Source of the DNA: the human T2T-CHM13v2.0 reference genome, Homo sapiens
DNA: 64,000 nt
NCBI GenBank assembly: GCA_009914755.4
Contig: CP086569.2
Span: 15,456,001 to 15,520,000 of the forward strand
Direction of reading: 5' to 3'
The notes under the pieces are model-generated. The model saw only the letters and a list, made by a program, of their open reading frames with translations. It searched no databases and was not told where the DNA came from. Every line of letters begins with the position of its first letter. Positions within the stretch are counted from its first letter, which is position 1. Shown here in pieces: positions 14,928 to 32,138 of this stretch. Position numbers and translations under genes: made by a program.

Positions 14928-17652
14928 GGGGGGCCGAAGCCAGGGAGCTAAGTGGTCTGGATCGGTGGGTCCCAACCTGATAGAGCCCAGGAAACTAAGA
15001 TTCACTAGCTTGAAATTCTTGCTGCCAGAACAGCAGCAATCTGAGATCCACCTGGGACAGTGGAGCTTAGTTGGGGAGAGGAGTCCACCATTGCTTGAGT
15101 AGGTGGTTTTATGGCCACAGTATAAACAAAGCTGCCAGGAAGTTCAAACTTGGTGGAACCCACTGCAACTCAGCAAGTTGGCTGTGCCCAGACTTCCAGA
15201 TTTCTCTGCTCTGGACAGGGCATCTCTGTAAAAAGGCAGTAGCCCCAGTCAGGGGCTTATAGCCAACTTAAATGTCCCTGTCTGAAGGCTCTGAAGACAG
15301 CAGCCAACCTCCCAGCATGGTGTTCAAGCTGTGCTAGGGTCAGTCTGCTTCCTCAAGTGGGTATACTGACTGAAAGACACCTCCCAGTTGGGGCCAAGAG
15401 ACACCTCATACAGGAGAGCTCTGCAGCGCATCTGGCAGGTTCCCTGCTGGGTCAAAGCTTCCAGAGGAAAGAACAAGCAGCAATCTTTGCTGCTTTGCAG
15501 GCTCTGCTGATGACACCCAGGCAATCAGGGTCAGGAGTGGACCTCCAGCAAACTCTAGCATACTGACAGCAGAGCAGCCTGACTGTTAGAAGGAAAAGAA
15601 ACAAGCAGAAAGGATTAGCATATCCACTCAAAGACCCCATCCAAAGGTCACCAACGTCAAAGACCAATGGTAGATAAATCCACAAAGATGGGGAAAAACC
15701 AGCACAAAAAGGCTGAAAATTCCAAAAACCAGGATGCCTCTCCTCCTCCAGAGGATCACAACTCCTCACCAGCAAGGGAACAAAACTGGATGGATAATGA
15801 GTTTGATGAACTGACAGAAGTAGGGTTCAGAAGGCGGGTAATAACAAACAACTCTAAGCTAAAGGAGCATATTCTAGTCCAATGCCAGGAAGCTAAGAAC
15901 CTTGAAAAAAGGTGAGTCTAATTGTTAACTAGAATAACCAGCTTGAGAAGAACATAAACGACATGATGGAGCTGAAAAACACAGCACGAGAATTTCGTGA
16001 AGCATACACAAATATCAATTGCTGAATTGATCAAGCAGAAGAAAGAATATCAGTGATTGAAGATCATCTTAATGAAATAAAGAGAGAAGACAAGATTAGA
16101 GAAAAAAGGATAAAAAGGAATGACCAAAGCCTTCCAGAAATATGGGACTTTGTGAAAAGACCAAATCTATGCTTGATTGGTGTACCTGATAATGACAGGG
16201 AGAATAGAACCAAGCTGGAAAACACCCTTCAAATATTATCCAGTAGAACTTCCCCAATCTAGCAAGATAGTCCAAGATTCCTATTCAGGAAATACAGAGA
16301 ACACCACAAAGATACTCCTTGAGAAGAGCAACCCCAAGACACATTGTCATCAGATTCACCAAGGTTGAAATGAAGGAAAAAATGTTAAGGGCAGCCAGAG
16401 AGAAAGGTCGGGTTACTTATAAAGGGAAGCCCATCAGACTAACAGCAGATCTCTCTGCAGAAACCCTACAAGCCAGAAGAGAGTGGGGGGGTAAATATTC
16501 AACATTCTTAAAGGAAAGAATTTTCAACCCAGAATTTCATATCCAGCCAAATTAATCTTCTTAAGCAAAGGAGAAATAAAATCCTTTACAGACAAGCATA
16601 GGCTGAGGGATTTTGTGACTACCAGACCTGCCTTACAAGAGTGCCTGAAGGAAGGACAAATAAGGAAAGCAGCAACCAGTACCAGCCACTGCAAAAACAT
16701 GCCAAATTCTAAAGACCATTGACACTATAAAGAAACTGCATCAATTAATGGGCATAATAACCAGCTAAAATCATAATGATAGGATCAAATTCACACATAA
16801 CAATATTAACCTTAAATGTAAATGGGCTAAATGTCCTAATTAAAAGACACAGACTGGCAAATTGGATAAAGAGTCAGGACCCATCAGTGTGCTATATTCA
16901 GGAAACCCATCTCACGTGCAAAGACACACATAGGCTCAAAATAAAGGGATGGAGGAAGATCTACCAAGCAAATGGAAAACAAAAAAAGGCAGGGGTTGCT
17001 ATCCTAGTCTCTGATAAAACAGACTTTAAACCAACAAAGATCAAAAGAGACAAAGAAGGGCATTACATAATGGTAAAGGGATCTATGCAGCAAGAAGCAC
17101 TGACTATCCTACATAGATATGCATCCAATACAGGAGCATCCAGATTCATAAAGTAAGTTCTTAGAGACCGACAAAGAGACTTGCACTCCCACACAATAAT
17201 AGTGGGAGACTTTAACAGCCCAGTGTCAATATTAGACAGATCAATGAGACAGAAAATTAACAAGGATATTCAGGACTTAACTCAGCTCTGGACCAAGTGG
17301 ATCTAATAGACATCTACAGAGCTCTCCACCCCAAATCAACAGAATATACATTCTTCTCAGCACCACATCACACTTATTCTATAATGGACCACAGAACTGC
17401 AAGTAAAACACTCCTTAGCAAATGCTCTCCATCCCAAATCAACAGAATATACATTCTTCTCAGCACCACATCACACTTATTCTATAATGGACTACAGAAC
17501 TGCAAGTAAAACACTCCTCAGCAAATGCAGAAGAACAGAAATTAGAGCAAACAGTCTACCAGACCACTGTGCAATCAAATTAGAACTCAGGATTAAGAAA
17601 CTCACTCAAAACCACACAAATACCTGGAAACTGAACAACCCGCTCCTGAATG
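14928..17652 (+). mobile_element. LINE-1 inverted 5' segment: 5'UTR (~740 bp), ORF1 (15667-16700, disrupted), ORF2 endonuclease domain to about codon 237
   Basis: ORF 15667..15915(+) MVDKSTKMGKNQHKKAENSKNQDASPPPEDHNSSPAREQNWMDNEFDEL is the ORF1p N-terminus. 16319..16555(+) ..VRFTKVEMKEKMLRAAREKGRVTYKGKPIRLTADLSAETLQARREW is the ORF1p C-terminal domain. 16776..17156(+) MIGSNSHITILTLNVNGLN..SQDPSVCYIQETHLTCKDTHRLKIKGW is the ORF2 endonuclease domain. Confidence 0.9.
17335..17527. repeat. ~97-bp tandem duplication inside L1 ORF2 (two copies of ccaaatcaacagaatatacattcttctcagcaccacatcacacttattctataatggac.acagaactgcaagtaaaacactcct.agcaaatgc)
   Basis: Direct reading. ORFs 17297..17509 and 17487..17708 repeat the same peptide (..HHTYSIMDHRTASKTLLSKC..). 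Confidence 0.85.
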
Positions 17653-17666
17653 TCTTCTATAATTTT
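17653..17666. repeat. Target-site duplication, right copy
   Basis: See left copy at 11712-11726. Confidence 0.7.
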
Positions 17667-17852
17667 GAAAGCCAGCTTCATATTTCCTGCCCTAGGGGGA
17701 TGAAGTAAAGTAAGCAGTAGATCTAGTTAGATATATGTGTTATTTTGTTTAGCAAGGGTTAATTTGAATTTTGCCATTTTATAACAACTGATTGTGGCTG
17801 GGAACATGCTAATGGTTATGGTGACTGTATTCACTCTTTCTTTGCTTTGAAT

Positions 17853-18155
17853 TTTTTTTTTTTTTTTTTTTTTTTTGGGAGATGGAGTTTTGCTCTTGCT
17901 GCCCAGGCTGGAGTGCAATGGCACAATCTTGGCTTACTGCAACCACTGCCTCCGGGTTCAAGCAATTCTTCTGCCTCAGCCTCCCCAGTAGCTGGGATTA
18001 TAGGCATGTACCACCACGCCTGGCAAATTTTTTGTATTTTTAGTAGAGAGAGGTTTCTCCATGTTGAGGCTGGTCTCGAACTCCTGACCTCAGGTGATCC
18101 ACCCACCTTGGCCTCCCAAAGTGCTCGGATTACAAGTGTGAGCCACCACGCCCAG
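17853..18155 (-). mobile_element. Alu element (antisense)
   Basis: poly-T then gagatggagttttgctcttgctgcccaggctggagtgcaatggc..gcctcccaaagtgctcggattacaagtgtgagccaccacgcccag. Confidence 0.9.
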
Positions 18156-18467
18156 ATTTTTTTTTTTTTTTTTTATTGTAACAGGGTCTCATTCTGTCAC
18201 CCAGACTGAAGTGCAGTTGTGCCATCTCAGCTCACTGCAGCTTTGACCTTCTGTGCTCAAGCAATCCTCCCACCTCAGCCTCCTGAGTAGCTGGAACTAC
18301 AGGTATACAAGTGTGTGCCACCATGCTTGGCTAATTTTTTTATTTTTTGTAGAGATGGGGTTTTGCCATGTTACTCAGCCTAGTCTGGAAATCCTGGGCT
18401 TGAGCAATCTGCCCACCTTAGCCTTCCCAAGTGCTGGAAATACAAGTGTGAGCCACTGTGCTCAGCC
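18156..18467 (-). mobile_element. Alu element (antisense), head-to-tail with the previous Alu
   Basis: poly-T then acagggtctcattctgtcacccagactgaagtgcag..gccttcccaagtgctggaaatacaagtgtgagccactgtgctcagcc. Confidence 0.9.
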
Positions 18468-18601
18468 TTGATTTGAATTTGAGGGATAGTATAGTTCTGT
18501 GTTACTACACCTAGTAGAATATTAGCATATTCAGTGACTTTAATTAGACCTTAGTGTAATCCCCAGTAACAATCTGTTGCCTTGGATGTTCTGTTTTCTT
18601 T

Positions 18602-18850
18602 CTTTTTTTTTTTAAATTATACTTTAAGTTTTAGGGTACATGTGCACTACGTGCAGGTTTGTTACATACGTATACATGTGCCATGCTGGTGTGCTACACC
18701 CGTTAACTCGTCACTTAACATTAGCTATATCTCCTAATGCTATCCCTCCCCACTCCCTCCACCCCACAACAGGTCCCAGTGAGTGATGTTCCCCTTCATG
18801 TGTCCATGTGTTCTCATTGTTCAATTCCCACCTATGAGTGAGAGGATGTT
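18602..18850 (-). mobile_element. 5'-truncated LINE-1 3' end (antisense), ~250 bp
   Basis: ttttttttttaaattatactttaagttttagggtacatgtgcactacgtgcaggtttgttacatacgtatacatgtgccatg..ccacccc.caacaggtcccagtg is the reverse complement of the L1 3'UTR terminus. Confidence 0.85.
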
Positions 18851-19402
18851 CTGTTTTCTAAAGGTATATACGAGATTCTTGTATTCTTTTCATATTAGAG
18901 ACCCCTGGCCAGAGTAGGAGCTGTAGAGGCCACAGTGAGCCCTTCAGGAGAATGAGATACAGCAGAGTCACTGCTTGTGTTCTTGAGATGATTGGATGAC
19001 AAAGAGGGAAATGATAATGTTAACTGAGGAAAGTCTAGAACTGCAGGTTACCATATGTATCCCATATTTTAACCCTCACCTGTTGTTCCATTGTATTTTT
19101 CTATGTAAGTTTTTACTTGCAGTCCTATTTCTTTCTTATTTAAAAATCATGTTAATCATTGGTATTAGTAGCATCTTTGCCAGATAAAAAGGAAAAACTA
19201 AAGTGAATGCTTTATGACGATATGTGGGAGGAAAGAATGTAATAGCACTTGAGGAATATTGGAACTGATTATATATTACATGGCAGTGGGTAGTGTTTAA
19301 TAAAATGATTATATTTCATAGAAAGCATTACATCTTCTTTGAGTGAGAAACATAGAGATAATTTCATGCTACCCTCACCCTTTCTTTTAAACATATATAT
19401 AT

Positions 19403-19494
19403 TTTTTTTAAATTTAAGTTAGAATTTGAGTAATTGTATTACCATATATATATTTTTTAAATTTAAGTTAGAATTTGAGTAATTGTATTACATG
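19403..19494. repeat. ~45-bp tandem duplication (ttttttaaatttaagttagaatttgagtaattgtattac x2)
   Basis: Direct reading. Confidence 0.8.
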
Positions 19495-19899
19495 TGGTGC
19501 TGTTTTTCTCAGAGGAAAAATCAGCAAATTATTTCAAAGATATGGAGGATATGGTGTTTCTCTATATCCAGGTGGGACTGAACAATGTATTAGCCAAGGA
19601 AAACCTTCCCTTTCACCCACTGGAGGCTCACTGAAAATCATGTCACAAAAAGCAGATTAATAGTAGAAAAGCGATACATATTTATTAAGTCATAGATCTG
19701 TGTAACACAAGAGCCTTCAGAACGAAGACGCAAAGATAAGATGGAGACCATTTTTTTTTCTTAATTTCAACTTTTATTTTAAATTCAGAGGATACAGCCT
19801 TGCTACATGAGAATATTTCATGGTGCTGATGTATAAGGTACTGTTGATCCCAATCAATAGTGGTAAGCATAGTGGCCACTAGCTAGCTTTTCAACCCAT

Positions 19900-20600
19900 A
19901 CCCTGCTTTCTCCCCAGTCTAGTAGTCCCTGTGCCTATTGTTCCCATCTTTCTTTCCAGATTTACTCAAGCTCCCACTTGTAACTGAGAACATACAGTAT
20001 TTAATTTCCTGTATCCTGTGTTAATTCATTTAGTATGGTGGCCTCCAGCAGTATTCATGTTTCTGCAAAGGACCTGATTTTGTTCGTTTTCATGGTTGCA
20101 TAGTATTCCACAGTGCATGTATACCACATTTTCTTTATTCCACCACTGATAAGCATCCAGGTTGACTCATGCCTGTTTTTGCTATTGTGAATATTACTGC
20201 AGTGAACATACAACTGCATGTGTCTTTTTTGTAGAAAAATTTATTTTCCTCTAGGTATACACCCAGTAATGGGATTGCTGGGCCAAATGGTAGTTTTGTT
20301 CTAAGTCCTTTGAGAAATCTCCAAACTACTCTCCATAGTAGCGTAAATATTTTACGTTCTCACCAGGAGTATATAAGCATTCCTTTTTCTCTGCAACCTC
20401 ACTAGCTTTTGTTGGGTTTTTTTTGTTTTTGTTTTTGACTTTTTAATAGTAGCCATTCTGACTGGTGTGAGATGGTATCTCATTGTGGTTTTGATTTACA
20501 TTTCCCTAATGAACAGTAATGTGGAGCATTTTTCATATGTTTATTGATACTTATATGTTGAGAAGTATATGTCCATGTTCTTGGCACACCTTTTAATGTG
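19900..20600 (-). mobile_element. Older LINE-1 (L1PB/L1M-like) ORF2 C-terminus/3' region fragment, antisense
   Basis: ..cccacttgtaactgagaacatacagtatttaat..ttctgcaaaggacctgattttgttcgttttcatggttgcatagtattccacagtgcatgtataccacattttctttattc..acccagtaatgggattgctgggccaaatgg is a divergent reverse complement of the L1 3' region. Boundaries approximate. Confidence 0.6.
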
Positions 20601-21200
20601 GTTATTCGGAAACTCAATTTTTATGCCAAGATTCAGGAAACTGCACAGCCAGTAGAAATAAGATTGGACAAAAAGGCCCTGATCTAAAGCTAATGGGCTG
20701 AGTGGGGAAACCCAGCCAGGCCTGTCTGCCTAGATTCTTCTTGGCCTTTCTGAACAGCACTTTCTTCCTTCTGGATGTGGGATAGGACCCTCTCTGGAAT
20801 AGGGGTCTTAGGACCTACAATTCACACTGTTAGGACAGAAGATTTCTTTATGGCCAGTGTTTAAGAAAGTCAGGGGGAAAGTTAAGGTCATCTTTTATGG
20901 CTGCTTTGATAGAGAAGCGGTCTGGTTTGTATGACCTGCCTTTAGGAGGAGAGGTTCTAGTTTCTTTGGCCAGCCTCTAGGGAGAATGGAATTGAGAGAC
21001 AGCAGGTCAGGAAAGGGTCAGAGATAAACCTTCTGCCTCTGAGGCTGTTGAAGTCTTCATTTTGTGGTATCATTCTCTGAACCCCAACAACACACATTGT
21101 TTTAACTTCATACAAAACACTTAGATCAGTTGGGTCCAAACATGGGTTTATACACTGTGTGGCAAAAGTATGGTCCTTCCCTCTACTCCAAAGGGAACAA

Positions 21201-21212
21201 ATGAAATTTATT
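21201..21212. repeat. Target-site duplication, left copy (atgaaatttatt) of the full-length L1
   Basis: Matches atgaagtttatt(tt) at 27357-27370 directly abutting the L1 5' terminus. One mismatch. Confidence 0.65.
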
Positions 21213-27356
<6,144 letters not shown>

Positions 27357-27370
27357 ATGAAGTTTATTTT
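27357..27370. repeat. Target-site duplication, right copy
   Basis: See 21201-21212. Confidence 0.65.
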
Positions 27371-27376
27371 GGAGAA

Positions 27377-27535
27377 AGTTAACTCAGAACAGAAGGACCT
27401 AGGGATATCAGAGAGTTGAGATGGGGCAAGGGCCTGGGCTCCCTGTCTGTCCTGACAAAGTTAGAACAGAAGGACCCAGAGACATCAGAGAGTGGAGTGA
27501 GGGTGAGGGCCTAGGCTCCTTGTTTGTAAGGGAAT
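27377..27535. repeat. ~80-bp tandem duplication (two copies of agtta..cagaacagaaggacc.ag.ga.atcagagagt.gag..ggg.aagggcct.ggctcc.tgt.tgt)
   Basis: Copy 1 is 27377-27458 and copy 2 is 27459-27535, read directly. Lies ~20 bp outside the L1 5' end. Confidence 0.8.
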
Positions 27536-28189
27536 TGTCTACACTGTGCATACTAATGATCATCAGCTTTCTTGTCCTTCCTTCAAAGTTGAAAGTCACC
27601 GTACTCCTTCAAGTCCATCCTGGAGGATCCCTTTCTTCATAAACTGAACTGGCCAAGAAAAGTATTCCATAATTGGTATTTAAAGGCCATTTGGGCCTAT
27701 TACTTATGTACTGTACAATATGTTCACCTGCTGAGGAGGGAACCCTGGCTATCCACACAGACCTGATTCTTAAGTGAGAAAAGACAGTCTTAAATCCTAG
27801 ATATTCTTGAGAAGGCTTCAATAAGAAACTCATTTTAAAAATTGAAAAAATAATCATCTGGAGGTAGCACACACACCAACCAAGGAAACAGGGACAAAAT
27901 TAATCTGTAACCTGTAGGAAATACACTGAAGTAGTGACTCATAAAAAAATGGGAATTCTATTAAAATGTAACATATTACACAAATTAAAGTATCCTATTG
28001 GAGAGAGAATGTGAGGAGATCTCCAATGGATAAAACTTCAGTTAGAGAGAGTGATAGCAAAGGGAAAGGAACAAATATGGAGACTCTAGGAATCTGACAT
28101 TCAAAGAGTATTTTCAGGAAGGATGACAGAGAATACAAATAAGCAAAAGTGACTTACATTCAAATAGTGTTTAAAAAGTAATCCCAGCG

Positions 28190-28500
28190 TTATTGTGTAA
28201 CAGTGCTGAAATAAATGTATCTGTACATGTGTCTTCATAGTTGAATGATTTATAATCCTTTTTGTATATACCCAGTAATGGGATTGCTGGATCAAATGGT
28301 ATGTCTCATTCTAGGTCCTTGAGGAATCACCACGTTGTGTTCCACAACAGTTGAACTAATTTATACTCCCACCAGCAGTGTAAAAGCATTCCCATTTCTC
28401 CACATCCTCTCTAGCATCTGTTGTTTCCTGACATTTTAATGATCGCCATTCTAACTGGCATGAGATTGTATCTCATTGTGGTTTTGATTTGCATTTATCT
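28190..28500 (-). mobile_element. LINE-1 inverted segment (ORF2 C-terminal region, antisense) of a short twin-primed insertion
   Basis: ..ctgtacatgtgtcttcatagttgaatgatttataatcctttttgtatatacccagtaatgggattgctggatcaaatgg..cattgtggttttgatttgcatttatctaat is the reverse complement of L1 ORF2 codons ~1150-1215. Confidence 0.85.
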
Positions 28501-28866
28501 AATACACCATGAAATATATGCAGCCATGAAAAAGGATGAGTTCGTGTCCTTTGCAGGGACATAGATGAAGCTGGAAACCATCATTCTCAGCAAACTAATA
28601 CAAGAACAGAAAACCAAACACCACATGTTCTTACTCATGAGTAGGAGTTGAACAATGAGAACACATGGACACAGGGAGGGGAACATCACACACCAGGGCC
28701 TGTCATGTGGTGGGGAGTAGGGGGAGAGATAGTATTAGGAGAAATACCTAGTGTTGATGACGCGTTGATGGGTGCAGCAAGCCACCATACCATATGTATA
28801 CATATGTAACAATCCTGCACATTCTGCCCATGTACCCCAGAACTTAAAATGATAATAATAATAATT
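28501..28866 (+). mobile_element. LINE-1 sense 3' end (ORF2 last ~55 codons, 3'UTR, A-rich tail) of the same twin-primed insertion
   Basis: acaccatgaaatatatgcagccatgaaaaaggatgagttcgtgtcctttgcagggacatagatgaagctggaaaccatcattctcagcaaacta..gtaccccagaacttaaaatgataataataataat. ORF 28495..28689(-) is the mirror translation. Confidence 0.85.
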
Positions 28867-28868
28867 GC

Positions 28869-28893
28869 CATCATCATCATCATCATCATCATC
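28869..28893. repeat. (ATC)n microsatellite adjoining the L1 tail
   Basis: catcatcatcatcatcatcatcatc. Also read as poly-Met (MMMMMMMM) in ORF 28686..28892(-). Confidence 0.85.
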
Positions 28894-29040
28894 CCAGCAT
28901 TGAGGGATCTACACTTCCAGGCTTAGGAAACAACATCAGGGTTCATCACAGTGAAAGAATTGAAACTCCAAACTCCAAAAGCACATTGTGAGATTTCAGA
29001 AGAGCAAATATGTGGGAAAGACCATAAGAGCTTGAAGGCT

Positions 29041-29441
29041 GTATTAGTCCATTCTTGTACTGACACAAATACCCGAGATTGGATAATTTATAAAGAAAAG
29101 AGGTTTAATTGGCTCATGGTTTTTTAAACTGCACAGGAAGCATGATAGCGTCTGTGGTGGCCTCAGGAATGTTTCAATCATGGCAGAAAGTGAAAGCAAA
29201 GCAGGTTCATCTTATGTGGCTAGAGCAAGAAGAGGAGAGAGACAGAACATGCTACAAAATTTTATACAACCAGATCTCCTGAGAATTCACTTACTATACA
29301 GTACCAAGGGGGATATACAGTATCATTCTAGAGAACTCTGCCCTCCATGATGCCATCACCTCCCGCCAGGCACCATCTCCAACACTGGGGATTAGAATTC
29401 AATATGAGATTTGGGTGAGGATACAGATGCAAACCGTCTCA
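29041..29441 (-). mobile_element. MaLR solo LTR (THE1/MST family), antisense
   Basis: Plus strand begins gtattagtccattcttgtactgacacaaatacccgagattggataatttataaagaaaagaggtttaattggctcatgg and ends ..ttagaattcaatatgagatttgggtgaggatacagatgcaaaccgtctca. This is the reverse complement of a THE1/MST-type LTR (TGA.A.GGTTTG..CCCAAATCTCAT..TGAATT....TAATACA). Confidence 0.75.
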
Positions 29442-30055
29442 AGAATTTGTAATTTCATAGAATGCTTCATGTTTTCACCAAATGTTAAAAATATAGAAAC
29501 TTTCATTATTCTAAGAAAAAATAATTTTACCACATAGAACTCTTATCTTGGAGCAGCTCTTTGTGGGCAGGCAGAGTCAAAGCATTTACGCTGATGTATC
29601 ATTTCAAAAAATTTACCTTTCATGCTTCCCTTCTTGGAAAGATGTGTGATCGTGTGTTCCTTCAAACAGTGGAATAAATGATGAATACAAAGATGGAGAA
29701 TCTAAGAAACAGTGGCCTTCACAGAAGACAGCTGAAGTAATTAAGACATCAGATTATTGCCTGGAGCAGGCTGGGACATCTGACATCCTAGAGTTAAACT
29801 TTGAGGAGAATGAACATAAAAGAAAAGGAAGTAAGCCATTTGACCAGGTAGAAATAGTACTCGAGATGGGCTTTAGTCCAGAAAAATTGAACAATATACA
29901 CACAGACAAGCATGAAATGAAAACCTGAAGCAGTTATTGTCTCCAGATAAAACAGGAGGTGATTCAATGAAGGAGATTTAATTGGGGTAGAAGGCTTAGT
30001 TCAGGAGTGATTAGTTCAGGAGTAATTGCACAGTTACAGTAAAGTTGAAGAGAGA

Positions 30056-30372
30056 AGGCTGGGTACAGTGGATCATACCTGTAGTCCCAGCACTTTGGGC
30101 GGCCAAGACAGGCAGATCTCTTTAGCCCAAGACTTGGAGACCAGCCCGGGCAATATGGCAAAACCCCATCTCTACAGAAAAAAAAATGAAAAAATTAGCC
30201 AGTATGGTGGCACTTGCCTGTAGTCCTAGTTATGGCAGAGTCTGAGGTGGGAGGATGTTTTGAACCTGGGAAGTCGGGGTTGCAGTGAGTTGTGATTGTA
30301 CCATTGCACTGCAGCCTGGGCAACAGAGCAAGACCCTGTCTCTAAAAACAACAACAAACAAACAAACAAACA
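30056..30372 (+). mobile_element. Alu element (sense)
   Basis: ggctgggtacagtggatcatacctgtagtcccagcactttgggcggccaagacagg..gcctgtagtcctagttatggcagagtctgaggtgggagg..gcctgggcaacagagcaagaccctgtctctaaaaacaacaacaaacaaaca. Confidence 0.9.
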
Positions 30373-30620
30373 CGGGGCAAATAGAGTGGGGGTTGCCCAT
30401 AGGTAATTAATAGGTAATATCTAAAAACAATATATCAAGAAAAAATAGCATGAACTATTTCTTAGTAATATCAAGAAGATATTTGAAGGAGAGAAGCTAA
30501 GAAATCTGAAAGCATTTGCCTTCTAGCAAGTGTGGTCCTGGGATGTCGTATGCTGTGCAAGAAAGTGCTGTTGTGCAAATAACACCTGTAGTAGTTCGAC
30601 TTTTAAAAATTCATGCATGC

Positions 30621-30910
<290 letters not shown>

Positions 30911-30920
30911 CACCTCACGC

Positions 30921-31071
30921 ATGCCTTTCTTTGTTTCCAAAGAAACAAGTAGTTTTATACTACTTACATATTATGGTAGAATGATTTATAATCTTTTGGC
31001 TATATACTCAGTAATGGGATTACTTGGTCAAATGGTATTTCTACTATTCTTTGTTTCCAAAGAAAGGCATG
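30921..31071. repeat. ~100-bp filler containing a 70-bp L1 ORF2 fragment, flanked by 19-bp direct repeats (ttctttgtttccaaagaaa) that are themselves the two halves of a palindrome (catgcc..ggcatg)
   Basis: 30921-30945 catgcctttctttgtttccaaagaaa .. 31046-31071 ttctttgtttccaaagaaaggcatgg. The internal atggtagaatgatttataatcttttggctatatactcagtaatgggattacttggtcaaatggtatttctact is L1-derived (antisense). Confidence 0.55.
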
Positions 31072-31401
31072 GTATGGAAATGGTTTCCAACAGTTGGAGA
31101 AACAAATTTTTTTTCCAAAAGAAAAATGATAAGGCCAAGATTGAATGGTATGTGAATGTGAATATGATAGTTAAAAGCATTATTTCTCAAATGTACCTTC
31201 CCATTGGAATCAGCTGGAGAATGTAATAAGTATTAATGCCTGTGCTATGGTCCTCCAGAGATACTGACTTGCTTGGTCTGCAATGCAGACCGGGCAGTGA
31301 GATTTTTTTCAGTTCTTCTTAGGGATTGTGAGATACAGCAGAGTTTAGGAAGCATGGATCTAGGTTTGCTCAGATTCTTACTTTCATTTAAAAATCTGTA
31401 T

Positions 31402-31730
31402 CTGGGCACAATGGGTCATACCTGCAATCCCAGAACATTGTACTGGGTGGAGGTGGCAGGATCATTTGTATCCAAGAGCTCCAGACAAGCCTGGGCAACA
31501 TAGTGAAACCCCATCTGTATGGAAAAAAAAAAAAAAAAAAAAAAAAAAAGAAAAAGAAAAAAATTAGCCAAGTGTAATAGTTCATGCCTATGTTCTCAGC
31601 TATTCAGGAGGCTAAGGTAGGAGGATCACTTGAGCCTTGGAGGTCATGGCTGCAGTCAGCTGAGATCACACCACCACACTCTAGCCTGTACAACAGAGTG
31701 AGACCCTGTCTCAAACAAACAAACAAAAAT
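31402..31730 (+). mobile_element. Alu element (sense) with long internal A-run
   Basis: ctgggcacaatgggtcatacctgcaatcccagaacattg..aaaccccatctgtatggaaaaaaaa..attagccaagtgtaatagttcatgcctatgttctcagctattcaggaggctaagg..gagaccctgtctcaaacaaacaaacaaaaa. Confidence 0.9.
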
Positions 31731-31954
31731 TACGCAGTGTACTCTTCAACAAGATAAAGTGGTTTCAGTAATAAACTACTAATAATATGATGATTTAGAT
31801 TGAGCAAACTTCACTTAGTCATTTCTTTTTTATTATCTGATATGTTCTTTATAAAAAGTTTTAATTGCTTAAAAATGACCTAATGCTTCTCCCAAGCTTC
31901 CTTTTTTTTTTCTCTCTCTCTTAACTGAAGTCACAGAATGTTCTCCTTTGTGGA

Positions 31955-32138
31955 GTGCTAAACAACATTAAGAAATTATTAGCTTTAAGGACATTCTAAG
32001 AGTAAGGTTATAAACCTAAAACCCCTAAAAGGTAAAAGAAAATTGAAGAGGCAGTACAAAGACTGTCCTCTCTCAAAGGGTCCCTTCTCATGGAAATAGG
32101 CTGCTATTCCAGGTCAGTGGGAGGTGATCCTATGGGAA
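31955..32138. repeat. Left arm of a ~180-bp inverted repeat pair (partner 32790-32982). ~650 bp unique spacer, no evident TSD.
   Basis: tgctaaacaacattaagaaattattagctttaaggacattctaagagtaaggttataaacc..gcagtacaaagactgtcctctctcaaagggtcccttctcatggaaataggctgctattccaggtcagtgggagg aligns to the reverse complement of 32790-32982 (..cctccctctgacctggattagcagcctatttccacaagaatggaccctctgagagaggacagtcttcgtactgg..ggtttataaatttactcttagaatgtccttaaagctaataattttttaacgttctttagca). Confidence 0.7.
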
